64,000 nucleotides of DNA, from the NCBI GenBank assembly GCA_000004985.1, contig GG738859.1. One strand, given 5' to 3'. The notes under the pieces were generated by a model, which was not told where the DNA came from, searched no databases, and saw nothing but the letters and a program-made list of their open reading frames with translations. This DNA is from Naegleria gruberi. Taxonomy: Eukaryota. Made by a program: the position numbers and the translations under genes. This document shows, piece by piece, positions 35,719-46,740 of the stretch. Positions within the stretch are counted from its first letter, which is position 1. Every line of letters starts with the position of its first letter.

Positions 35719-36036
35719 CTGTTATTACTATTAAATATTTGTTGATGAGTTATATGTTGTCGATGTTTGATGATTCTCAAAACACCCAATACTAACGACT
35801 AACTTGGGATTGGAGTGGTTTTAAACGAGCAACACGCGTAGATTTGCACAATTTAAATATTTTTTTCAAATTTGTAACGGTAAATAATAATTGCCAATTG
35901 TGTTAAATACTAATAATATTATTGTTTTGAATTATTACTTAAATATTCGTTTTATTTTATAATAAACAATAATTTACATTTCTAACATTAACTTCTTGCG
36001 TTGTCAATAATATTATTATTTGAAACAGTCTAAAAA
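35719..36036. promoter_or_regulatory. Divergent promoter spacer between CENP-C (-) and the small-GTPase gene (+); contains an ACGCGT (MluI/MCB-like) hexamer
   Basis: ACGCGT is at ~35835 in gcaacacgcgtagattt. The rest is >80% A+T. Regulatory significance is speculative. Confidence 0.25.
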
Positions 36037-37214
36037 ATGATCTCATCATCAAATGCAAAAAACGAAGATAGTGCCTCTTCGGAACTTCCTCTCCCAACAC
36101 CATCATTAGATTCATCATTCAAAAAGAAGGTTGTGGAGAGAAATTGGCTCAACCAAGAATCTGAAGGAATTGATGCTTTAGCAAAGATTGAATTTCTTCA
36201 TACAATTCCAGGAGAGAAACAATTAAAATTTGTACCAAGTGTAAAGGGCATATTAACCAATGCTGTTCACAAAATGGCACTTCAACTCACTCAACAACAG
36301 GATGAAATTATCAATGAAGCAATGAATTTTTCTGCAACTAGTTTGATTACACAAAGTGGATCTAAAGCCATGCTCATGTCAAATGCTGTTGGAGCTGCGG
36401 AAGAACAACACAGAGGATCAATATTTGTTAGTTTGAGTAATGCATCTGATTTTGATCCGAATATGGGATTTGATGCTATTAAATCCAAGTTAACAAAGAC
36501 TAATAGTATTATCACAAAGGATATTCAGGAAATGTTTTTAAAATCAATTCCTCCTTGGAATTTTGTTACACCACACCATAACTGGAAAGTAAGACTACAT
36601 GGAGATAGAGCTGTTGGTAAAACAACTTTACAGAAGAGTCTTTGTAGAATGGGTAAGTGAAATAATTTTATTGTCAAATTTTTGACATTTGAAAGATACC
36701 AATATTGAACAACACAGAAATCAACATTGTGATACTGTTGGATCAATTACAACAAATACATTAATACCAATCAAATGTATTGATTCTGTGAAATGGATAG
36801 AGCTAGAAGTGATCGATGTTGGTGAAGGATGTGCTATCAATAATCCAATTTATAATTCATGTAAGTAATTTATATTAAGAATATCACTAATATACTTTGT
36901 TGGATCTATAACCAGACAATGTTAATGATTTTCATGCCCATCTAGTCTTATTTTCCATGGGACATTTTCAAAGCTTCAAGAATGCCAAAAACAAAATCAA
37001 ACAATTGAAAAAACAAACCAACAATATTATAGTTGTTGCAACTAAATCAGATGCTTTCCAAAATTTCCAAGTTACAGACATTGACATTGCCACTCTAGTG
37101 AAGGAATTTGATTTAAAGACTGCAGTATGTCTAGTCAATAGTCATGCTCAATTCGGATCTGAAAATAGTACCTATACCATTGTGGAAGAGTTGGCCGACT
37201 TACTTTTGGCCTAA
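36037..37214 (+). CDS. Divergent Ras-superfamily small GTPase with a ~190-aa N-terminal extension; 3 exons
   Basis: Exon 1 is 36037..36652 and ends ...WKVRLHGDRAVGKTTLQKSLCRMG (G1 GDRAVGKT). Exon 2 is 36696..36860, DTNIEQHRNQHCDTVGSITTNTLIPIKCIDSVKWIELEVIDVGEGCAINNPIYNS (G2 Thr; G3-like DVGEG). Exon 3 is 36916..37214, YNVNDFHAHLVLFSMGHFQS...NIIVVATKSDAF... (G4-like TKSD). Introns are GTAAGT...TTGAAAG and GTAAGT...AACCAG. The G3 and G4 motifs are noncanonical. Confidence 0.55.
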
Positions 37215-37323
37215 CTTTCACTTTTGATTGTTTTATAGTGAAACTCTTTTAGCTTCCTTTGATGATAGGCTTTTTAGATCAAGGCTTTGAAATATTTCTT
37301 GTTACAGCACCAAGTAGAAAAAA

Positions 37324-40300
37324 ATGCCACCATCACGATTTAGAAAGGTAATTGAGGATGATGAAGAGGAAATTCCTACTACAAGAGAGGATGTGGAGAG
37401 TGAACAAATCAAAGGTAGGAAAACTGAGAAGAAAGGAGGAATCAAAAGGAAAATTGTAGAATCTGATGATAGTAGTAGCAGTGAAGATGAGTTGGACGAA
37501 AGGCTTGAGTTGACTGATGAAGACGATATCGAATCTCTTTCTTCCAGAGATTCACCTGTGGTAGAATATGATGACAATGATGAGGAGATGGAAGAATATC
37601 CACAGTATAATAGATTATTGGAGAGTAAGTTTGCATACTAGCAATTCATATAAAATCTCTTATATTCAAAGTTGAAAAGGCTATTCTTGATAAACTTGAA
37701 GGAAGGTCTTGTGATCAGCAATTGATAATTCACTCCATTGAGATGAAAAATTTCAAATCATACAAGGATAACACACTGGTTGGTCCTTTCACCACTGGAT
37801 TAAATTGTATCATTGGATCTAATGGATCTGGAAAGAGTAATATTATCGATTCGATTTGTTTTGTGCTTGGATTTGAGTCTAAAGAGTTAAGAGCTAAGAA
37901 TCTAGACTACCTCATCAATGATCAGTGTTCATCTGATGAAGAGTCATTTGTCAAAATCAACTTTAATGTGATGAATGGTAAGAATGATTGTTTCAAGCAG
38001 TTTAGTATTCAAAGAAAGATTAAAAGAAATGATCACACAAGCTCCTACCATCTCTCTTCACCAAATGAGGAATCCAAAAAGATAACAAAAAAACAAGTGA
38101 GGGAATTACTGAATGAGTATGGAATTGACTTTGATTATCCTGATAGATTTATTGTTATGCAACATAATACCATAAAGATGGTAAAGCAAAACCCTTTAGA
38201 AATGCTGTTCCATCTTGAAAAATTATTTGGTACTGATAGAGTTCAAATTGAAATTAAGCAAGTTCAGGAAGATATTACAAAGCTCAGATCCGATATTGAA
38301 ATACATGAGAAAGAAAAGAATGATTGTGAAAAGGATCTAGAGTTATTAAAACCTATAGTCGAACACTATCAAAACTTTCAAAAGTTAGAAAAAAAGGTGG
38401 AGGAGACAAAAGCATCCATAAAAGAGAGTGAGCTGAAATGCCTAACATTCAAACTAGACAAAAGCAAGAGGGAGCTAAAGTCAATTACTTCTGAAATATC
38501 TTCTTTAGAAAGTAATCGTTCAAACTCAAAGATAGAAGAACAGCAACTGAATGAAAGTACTCAGAAACAAGTAGAGAAAATGGACACCACAGAAAAGGAA
38601 CTAGACCAGATAAAGAAAGTCACATCCAAGATTCAAAAGAATCTACTGAGGGTAAGACTTGAGAATGATTCCTACAATCAAAAAGTTCAGCACTTTGAAA
38701 TGGAATTAGAAAGAACCTCAAAGGAGTCTATTCAATTAGGAGAGGAAAAGAACGATTTGAATGTAATGAATTGTCATACAGAGGAAGATATTAAGTATTT
38801 AGAGAATTGCATTAACAGTCTTGAAAATGAGATTAATAGATTGACATCAAACATAGATGATGAATCTCAACAAATATTGATAGATTTGCAAAGAGAATTA
38901 AACGAGATAGTAACAAGTTATCGTTATACAGCATTAACATCTCGTAGTGTTAAATTAAGGGAATTGGAGGAGCAGATCGAAATTTTGAATCAAACATTTG
39001 ATCAAAAACAAAAAGAGAAAGTGGGCTTAGAAAATTATATGGAAGAAATTTCTGAATTGAAGAAATTAGCAGACTCAGAAGCCAGCATATTAGGAGATAA
39101 CTTGAAGAGAGTCCAAGAATCAATAGAACTCAAAAAGAAGCAGAGAATCAAGATAGAAGATGAAATATTTGACTTAGAAACATCCTCGATTCAAAAAGAG
39201 GAAGTTAATTCTCTTTTTTTAGATACCATAAAGAAAATTAGATCAGGGATAGATGGATGTTTTGGAACAATTCCAGAGATTTATAGAATCACTGATCAGA
39301 AATATGCAGTTTCCGTAAACTCAGTGCTTCATCCTTATTTAAAGAATACAGTAGTTGTTTCAAGCAGAGAAGTGGCATTGAAGGTAGTGAAGTTTTTTGA
39401 AAATGATCGTGCAGGATTGGTCAGTTGTGAAATTCTAAATGAGCTGAAGTTGTTGCCAAACCAATCCAGCACTAATCCTTTAGAATTGAAGCCACTTATT
39501 GAAGTTCTGGAATGTGAGGCTCAATACAGACCCTTACTAGAAAAGCACACCCAAGGATGGTTCATTACTGATTCGATAGAATGTGCAATGAAATACTCAT
39601 ATCATAACGGCAAAAGAAGAAATATTGTTACTCTCGATGGAAAGATATTTAAAAGCTTTGGAGAAATATCTTGCCACTATTCCAAAGATACTACCCCTCA
39701 CCAGATCAGTACTCAGTATTCTAAACTCAATACAAATTATTCAGATCATAACAAAGACATTGAGTATTTGTCTATTTTGAAAAAAAAGTTTAAAGATCTA
39801 GAGGAAATATGTGAAAGTCTCATCATGTCAATGAATGACATTAAGCAATCCATATCAGAAAAGGAAGTATTAACAAGAAATTATCAATCCCAAATCAAAA
39901 AAATTGGCTCTTCACTCTCAACTCTTTCCAGAAAATTGATATCTATCAAGAAGGATTTAGAGAGCAAACAGGAAACCTTCAAAAATACTATTTTAGCTCC
40001 AACTGAGGAAGCAGAGTTATTAGAAATAGAGACAATCAAGAAAGAATTAGAAATGAAAATCCATACTATTGAGAGTGTCGATAACAGTGGAAATTCATTG
40101 CCGAACCTCAAGAAAACCTTGTCAGAAAAACAAAAGGAGCATACTGTACTCAACAAGTTAAAAGAAACACAAAGCAAGAGATTGAATCAAATATCAGCTC
40201 TATTATCAAACCTTGCAGCAAAAAGAGAAAAATACACTAATGAATTAGATATTTTCAGAAAAGAAAACAATCAAGAGGAATTAGATTCATTAGAATCAGA

Positions 40301-41204
40301 AGTAGACTCTCTGAAAAGGCAAAAAGGTAAACTCGAATCAAAAAAAGAGGATTATTGTAACAAATTAAAAGAATTCAGACGAAACATTAAAAAATTAAGC
40401 CAAATAATTAATGAGAAAGACCTTCAAATCTCTAGAAAAGTGCAAGATAAGGAAAAAATCCAAGAGGATATCGACGAGCTAAAGTTGTCCATTTCTAAAA
40501 TAGCACAAAGTAATATCTCTTTGAAAGTAGACACAAAACTAGACTTGGAATTAGAGGAAAGGAGAAGGCTCAAACTGATATCTGAGCTCAAGCACATAAA
40601 TTCAGAACTGGAAGGTATACAAGATAGTGTGGATAAAAATTGTTTAGAAAAACAATCAACAGCCAAGAAAAAGCTGAAATTCACTAATAAGAGGCTCAAT
40701 AGTATCAATCAAAGAATTGAGAGCCTCGAACTATTGGAGTCAAAATTTCTTACCTTACGATATGAATTGTTTCACAAGGTTATTTCCAAAATTAATGAGA
40801 ACCTCTCTCAAATATTCAGAGATTTGAATAACAACTCAAACTGCTACATTTCTTACTATGAAGACAAGAAGACATTATTTGAAAAGGGTGTCAATATTTA
40901 TTGCAAGTACGATTCAGAGTGGAAAGAGTTTAGTAAGCTGTCTGGTGGTCAGAAAAATCTGGTTTGTTCTGTTCTTTCTAAAGCGCTAATGAGATGTTTT
41001 TCAACCAGTATTTGTATCTTTGATGAATTATGTAGCAGTTTAGACACCATCAATGTAGAGAAATTAGCCAAGCTCATCAAAAGCAGCTCTCTCAAAACTC
41101 AGTTCATTTGCATATCATTCAAGTTTTACGAGAAGGCAGATCATATCATTGGAGTATACCACCAAAATGGTGTTTCTTGTACTGTCCCATTCTCTAATAA
41201 ATAG
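37324..41204 (+). CDS. SMC-family ATPase (condensin/cohesin-type head, hinge, coiled coils), divergent; 2 exons
   Basis: Exon 1 (37324..37624) is an acidic, Ser-rich N-terminal extension. A 47-nt GTAAGT...TTCAAAG intron follows. Exon 2 (37672..41204) begins IEKAILDKLEGRSCDQQLIIHSIEMKNFKSYKDNTLVGPFTTGLNCIIGSNGSGKSNIIDSICFVLGF (Walker A head, closest by eye to SMC4/SMC2). Long coiled coils follow. The hinge-like segment is IRSGIDGCFGTIPE...VVVSSREVALKVVKFFENDRAGLVSCEIL. The C-terminal head is FSKLSGGQKNLVCSVLSKALM...ICIFDELCSSLD...QFICISFKF, where the signature LSGGQK is kept but the D-loop is degenerate. Confidence 0.75.
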
Positions 41205-41207
41205 AAT

Positions 41208-44200
41208 TTATTGTACATTAGTTAGTAAATCCCTGATGTTGTACTTCAAGGAGAACAGGTTTTGTTTGTTCTCTATTAGCAAACCAAGACCATCCACCCA
41301 ATTATTGTAATCTCGCTCATCAAAAGTAACAAATTCCATCTTTTTCTTATCAGTAATAATTATGAGCGAGAATCCACCTTCAAGATTTTTGTTAGTTGAT
41401 TCTTTGCTCTTGGAAACCTTGTCAATATGTTCAACCTTCAAAAACGATTCTGGAACTTTCTTCTTATTGTCTCTTATTAATATTCTCGTAAACTCCTGCG
41501 ATAAGCATACGTGCCTTAATACATATTCCGTATTGGACTTTTTCTTATGCAATAGGGTACCATTACACATGAACTGGAATTTATCCAGAACAAATTGAAC
41601 ATCCTCCTTACTCAAAGGTTTTGAATTTGGCCCAAACAATTTATATTGTTTGGATGCCAATAATCTTGAAATGTTTGATGAGGCAACACCAACAACACCA
41701 CCATTTGATGGATTAGCAACGGTTGTGTTGGTAGAGGTATTGGTAGGCTTTTTAGGTGTTGTGGTTTGAGGAGCTTTTTGAGTGGTTTCAGTTGTGACAG
41801 GTGTTTGATCCTTTGTTATTTCTGGCTCATTTTCATATTGTTCTTCCTCACTACCCTCCAGTGAATTATTTGAGTTTTCAAGAGTATGATCATCATTCTC
41901 GTGTCCCTCGTTTTCTCTCTCTGCTAAATCTGTATAGAAATCTTCATCAAAGTCCTCTAAAGAATTAGGATCCTTATTTCTCATATACATGCTATAGTAA
42001 CCACTCTTAGAAACTGGAGGAGGATTTGATTTCTCGTTCTTACTTGGCTTGATCGATCTCATTATAATATCTGCCCCACTGTTCTTCACATTTTCTACTG
42101 CTTGTAATTTGAGCTCCAATCTATGTCTTAAATGTTGTCTCTGAGCTCTTACTTGTGATATTTTGCCTGTATATGATGCCTCGATATCTTCTAAGTTCTT
42201 CTTCATGGCAGCAAGTTGTTTCTTGAGTGTCATTGTTGAATTTGTCAAGTTATTTAATTCTTTCTCTATCACAGAAATACTCTTTTCCAAAGGTTTAGTG
42301 ACTGAATCATAATCAGCAATAGTTTCTTTTACATCCTCCTCTATTATAGCTAAAAGGTTATCAATTTCTTGAACTCTTGTTTCTATTGAGACTTTTTCTT
42401 TTGTAATTTCACTTTCGAATTGTTTCTCTTGATTTGCAAGACTTTCAATTTCCCTTTCAAGGTTTTCTTTTTGGTTTATCATTGAATCAATTTCTTCGTT
42501 CGCTTTTTCTAACTCATCCTGCTTTTCTATTTTTTGTTTGTTGATTACCTTGACTTGGCTTTCAACATTATTGCTGGCATCAACATATTGAGAAACCTTG
42601 TCACATTTGCTTGTATCTACAATTCTTTGGATAACATCTTTGATTTGATAATAAGATCCAACCAATGCCTCACACCTAACAAATCTTTCCTCTGTTAATT
42701 TCATTTCATCATCTGTGCAATTCTCGATTTTATCTGCCACTTGTTTCTCAACTTCCTCTTTCTCCTTGTTATAACTCTCTTCGATTTCGTTCAATTGCGA
42801 AACAATTGATTCTATTTCTTCGTCACACTCTTGTCTATCTCTGATTAATCCTCCTATTTGTTGCTCTAATTCACTGACAATATTTGAAAAATGACCAAGT
42901 CTTTCTAATTCTCCCCTTTTTCGCTCTGAGTTTTCCCGCTCAACTTCTCCAATTGAGGATGAGGATATCTTTTCTTTGGCAACCTCGACCAACTTTTTAT
43001 CTTTCTCAAGTTTATCCCTTATCATGGAAATGTACTCTTCTCTTTCCTTTGATCTCTTTCTCTCAATGTCTATAAATGATTTAGATTGGTTAATATAGAG
43101 TTTCTTGAATGTATTGACTATAGACTCATATGGCAATTTGAAACCGATTTGATCAAATTCTATTGCTTCCCCAAGAAAATTGGCATTGAATGAATCAACA
43201 CACTGTCTTAGTTGTTGGAAATCAAGTTCTTCAGAAGAAAGTTCTAAAGCATGAGCAAGAATAGCCTCTGTTTCCTCTATTTCAATAGACATGGTATGTA
43301 CATAATTCTCAAGAGCTGAGAGTTTTCTCAATTCATTTTGAAGGTTTTCAATCCCGCTCTCCTTCTTGGATACATATTCTTGTTTTGCAGATAGGTTCTC
43401 TTGCTCCAATTCCTCAAGAATGATCCTCTTTTCGTCTATTAACTCACAAACTTCTTGTCTCTTAGATTCTGCATATACTTTCTTGGAATTAAGCTCGTCT
43501 ACAGCTCTATTATATTCAAACTTCAAGTCTATCAGAAATATCTCTAAAGGAAACTTTTCTCGTAATCTTTCTGTCCTTAAATAAATTTCTTTTTCTCTCC
43601 TTATTAATGTTGTGAGATTCTTTTTTTGGTCATCAGTCAATGTAGATCCTTCCAAAATCATTGAATTAGTTGATATTTGGGCTAACCACTCTGATTCATC
43701 ATTCTCCAGCTCTTTCAGATAACAATCAATGTCACTAATTTTGCTTGCAATCCTCTCAATGGTTGCATTAACTTCTATTAGCTGGTCTCTCTTTTGAATC
43801 AATTTGTCATCAACAGGATTTCTCCTTAAATCTGTTGGGATAGATAGGAGTGAATCCCTCTCTTTGATTAAATTGTTCTTTTTTTGCTCGTTTTGGATTA
43901 TTAGGTCTTTCAATTTTTTCTTTTCTCTTGTTAAAATCTTCAACTCTTTATCTTGTTTTTTCTGTAAAGTGTCAATCTTTAAATACATATTTTCGAGAGA
44001 GGTTTGTTTTTCCTTAATAATTATCTTTTCTTTTTCACATTCTTCTCTCTTTTGATTTTTGATTTCTCTTTCTTTTTGATCAAAAATTGAGATGGCTTTT
44101 TCAATCTTAGAAATTTGAGAGCTAACATCCTCTAACCTGTCGCTAACTAGTCTTTGTCTGTCTAATTCTAATGGGTTGTGGTCTGGTTGTGGGGCTATTT

Positions 44201-44642
44201 TAATAGATTTTGGAGTTACTGACTTTGTTTGAGGAGGAGGTCGGGTTTTTTGTGGTGGAGAATCCTTTACTGCGACTGGTTTGGGGGTTTTCTTTGTAGT
44301 TTCAACTGCTTCAACCTTGTTACTTCTTTTAAATACAGGCTCTTCTTCGTCATCACTTCCATCAGAAAATCCAGCTTCCTCCAAATCCTTTTCAATAGCT
44401 TCAAGCAATGACCTTGATGGAGAAATAAGTATACTATCCTCATCTAAAAGTTGTTGAGCCTCCTTTAGAAGCACTTCCCTTTCACTAATTCCTTTCCGAT
44501 TAGAAGTTTTTTGTTTTTGGTTGGGTTCTTGTTGCCTCAACCTTTCCTTAAAATCAGCAATTTCATCCTTATCTGATGATGCAAGAGGAGACGATTGCTT
44601 TCCACCACCTCTCATTGATTTTGGTTGTTGTGTTGGTGGCAT
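41208..44642 (-). CDS. Long coiled-coil protein with a C-terminal PH-like domain
   Basis: The 1,144-aa ORF has a basic/Pro-rich N-terminus. About 800 aa show heptad-like K/E/L/I periodicity. An acidic S/T-rich linker follows. The C-terminal ~130 aa (KQYKLFGPNSKPLSKEDVQFVLDKFQFMCNGTLLHKK...GGFSLIIITDKKKMEFVTFDERDYNNWVDGLGLLI) have a PH-fold-like pattern. Family unassigned. Confidence 0.5.
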   Translation of the reverse strand: MPPTQQPKSMRGGGKQSSPLASSDKDEIADFKERLRQQEPNQKQKTSNRKGISEREVLLKEAQQLLDEDSILISPSRSLLEAIEKDLEEAGFSDGSDDEEEPVFKRSNKVEAVETTKKTPKPVAVKDSPPQKTRPPPQTKSVTPKSIKIAPQPDHNPLELDRQRLVSDRLEDVSSQISKIEKAISIFDQKEREIKNQKREECEKEKIIIKEKQTSLENMYLKIDTLQKKQDKELKILTREKKKLKDLIIQNEQKKNNLIKERDSLLSIPTDLRRNPVDDKLIQKRDQLIEVNATIERIASKISDIDCYLKELENDESEWLAQISTNSMILEGSTLTDDQKKNLTTLIRREKEIYLRTERLREKFPLEIFLIDLKFEYNRAVDELNSKKVYAESKRQEVCELIDEKRIILEELEQENLSAKQEYVSKKESGIENLQNELRKLSALENYVHTMSIEIEETEAILAHALELSSEELDFQQLRQCVDSFNANFLGEAIEFDQIGFKLPYESIVNTFKKLYINQSKSFIDIERKRSKEREEYISMIRDKLEKDKKLVEVAKEKISSSSIGEVERENSERKRGELERLGHFSNIVSELEQQIGGLIRDRQECDEEIESIVSQLNEIEESYNKEKEEVEKQVADKIENCTDDEMKLTEERFVRCEALVGSYYQIKDVIQRIVDTSKCDKVSQYVDASNNVESQVKVINKQKIEKQDELEKANEEIDSMINQKENLEREIESLANQEKQFESEITKEKVSIETRVQEIDNLLAIIEEDVKETIADYDSVTKPLEKSISVIEKELNNLTNSTMTLKKQLAAMKKNLEDIEASYTGKISQVRAQRQHLRHRLELKLQAVENVKNSGADIIMRSIKPSKNEKSNPPPVSKSGYYSMYMRNKDPNSLEDFDEDFYTDLAERENEGHENDDHTLENSNNSLEGSEEEQYENEPEITKDQTPVTTETTQKAPQTTTPKKPTNTSTNTTVANPSNGGVVGVASSNISRLLASKQYKLFGPNSKPLSKEDVQFVLDKFQFMCNGTLLHKKKSNTEYVLRHVCLSQEFTRILIRDNKKKVPESFLKVEHIDKVSKSKESTNKNLEGGFSLIIITDKKKMEFVTFDERDYNNWVDGLGLLIENKQNLFSLKYNIRDLLTNVQ

Positions 44643-44704
44643 TTTTTTGATAATGAATAACAGAAAAGTAAATTGGCGGGAATAATTATTTGGTGGATGA
44701 ATTT

Positions 44705-45424
44705 TTATTCCAATCCATAGTTTTCCTTAATACGTTTTCTAGTTTGTTCAATTTTTTCCTTCTTATAACGCTTCGAGTCATCTTCAGTAGTTGAAGCATC
44801 AGAAGAGGTTGGTTCATAAGAAGTTGGTTGAATGGTTCCAGGAGTCATAAATCTATTACTTGTTGAGTAACCAGTCATTGGTTGTTGGAAGTTTCTTCTT
44901 TGCATTTCATCTCTACGAATGATTTCTTCTGGATCGAAAATTCTACTAGCTCCATTTGAGTCATCTTGTTGGAATGATGGTTGTGTTCTTCTACGATCAG
45001 TAAGACAAGCATGTGACATGACGAAGAATACTGTAAAGATATATCCTACAAAGAGAGTGGTGTACATTCCAGAGACGAGAACGAGCAATACGAGAGCAAA
45101 CAAGCAAGTGAGAATGGCCAAATTTTTGGTAACCTTTATACGACGCAAAACAATGATGTTGTCAGACTTGTGATAGGCCAAGAAGAAGAAAAGACTTAGA
45201 GCAAGGATTAAAACAGGGAAAAATAAATAGGAGAAGAGCATTGGTAAACACAACATAATCATGTTGATGAGCAAATAATTAGTTTGGAAAAATGTAATAG
45301 AATCCAATATTCTTGCTCTAAGTGGTTGTTTGTGATTTCTAAGTGAAGTATAGGCAAGAAATTCTCTAAGAGGTCGAAGAGGTGGAAGGAGTGGCTCCAC
45401 GTCAATAATTCCTGGTGTGATCAT
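44705..45424 (-). CDS. PRA1 family protein (prenylated Rab acceptor/Yip3-like)
   Basis: The 239-aa ORF reads LRPLREFLAYTSLRNHKQPLRARILDSITFFQTNYLLINMIMLCL..., followed by two long hydrophobic hairpin segments typical of PRA1/Yip3. Confidence 0.7.
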   Translation of the reverse strand: MITPGIIDVEPLLPPLRPLREFLAYTSLRNHKQPLRARILDSITFFQTNYLLINMIMLCLPMLFSYLFFPVLILALSLFFFLAYHKSDNIIVLRRIKVTKNLAILTCLFALVLLVLVSGMYTTLFVGYIFTVFFVMSHACLTDRRRTQPSFQQDDSNGASRIFDPEEIIRRDEMQRRNFQQPMTGYSTSNRFMTPGTIQPTSYEPTSSDASTTEDDSKRYKKEKIEQTRKRIKENYGLE

Positions 45425-45715
45425 TTTTTTTAAAATTTAAATAATTAATTTAATAATACATCACCAGTGTATTGATGGAAAACTACACGACTTTAGTCAA
45501 ACTACAAAGTCAAACTGTTATTTGTTATCCACACCTCAACCTATTTACTTCGATTCTATTTTGTTGTATGGCAACCACTTGTTGTATCATTTACAGTAAA
45601 ATAAACCTATTGGTGATTTACAGTTTTAAATATTTGTAATGAAAAGTATGAAAAAAGTAGAAATTTCCTTAAATAAATTTGTAATTTAATATTATTTGAA
45701 ATGTAATCTGGGGAA

Positions 45716-46537
45716 TTAATTTCCACCAGTGACACCTGAGATTGTACTTGTGAGAGATCTCTTAACAAAGAATGCCATGATCTGGTCCTTGGCACGACCA
45801 AGTGAGCTTCCTTCTTCATTGAAATGTCTATATAATAAGAGAACAATGATAACTTGATAAACTACATTGAATGCCCAAACAGCAGCCATAATAAAGCTAT
45901 AAATCATGGCAAATGTACCATCAGATTTAGTGATTAATTGCAAAGCTCCAACCAATCCACAAGCTCCCATTGATGGAACTCCAATAGCCATGAATAATGA
46001 AAAGATAATACCAACCAAATATGAAATGAATGCCAAAACATATCTTAAACGATCAGTTGACCAATTTGAAATTTGAAACCTACCTGGCAGAGTTCTTGTG
46101 TGCACAAGCACCATATGTCAACCAATATTGAGCAAAGAATGCAATAACTGGATAAAAGATAATATAACATCCACCAAGAGCAACTCCTCCAATATAATCA
46201 TAAACTCTACTAGTGACAAGAGCAATGATCAATCCGACAATGTTCAAAATTGCAATAATAATAAAAGCAATATATTCTCCCTATTTTGATGATGATTACA
46301 ATTATCATATTGTTAGATCACGATCACAATATAACCTACCAATCCCATCAAGGCTAAATACTTTTTTCTACCACAAGCAGAAATACTGTGATAAACTATA
46401 GGATAACATGGTGGAAAATTCTTAACTTTCTTTTGTTGTGGTTGTTCTACTTCCTCTTCAGAAGCAGCACTTTCATTGTCGTTTGTTTCCTCCGAAGCGG
46501 TCTGCTTCTTCCCGAAGAGACCTTTAACGTAATTCAT
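45716..46537 (-). CDS. SCAMP-like four-TM membrane protein; 3 exons
   Basis: Exon 1 (46340..46537) is MNYVKGLFGKKQ...KKVKNFPPCYPIVYHSISACGRKKYLALMGL. A 59-nt GTAGGT...AAAATAG intron follows. Exon 2 (46084..46280) is GEYIAFIIIAILNIVGLIIALVTS...YPVIAFFAQYWLTYGACAHKNSA. A 40-nt GTAGGT...GTTTAAG intron follows. Exon 3 (45716..46043) is RYVLAFISYLVGIIFSLFMAIGV...VIIVLLLYRHFNEEGSSLGRAKDQIMAF.... The NFPP motif, four TMs and the C-terminal LYRHF..G.S...A.-Q tail resemble SCAMP (NWPPLP ... YR..GASFEKAQQEF). Confidence 0.55.
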
Positions 46538-46740
46538 TTTTTTGTTATTAAAAAAGATTTCTAATTGGAAGGCAAACTCTATCTTCTGTCTAACACTGCC
46601 CTGTGATAGAAAATGTGGCCTTCCATCTGTTCAGATGACACTTTCTAATAAAACATTCCTCTATTGAACTCTATTGATCTATTTCGCTAACTGAGATGGA
46701 GTTTGATAAAAATATAGAAATCAATAATAATTTAATTAAT

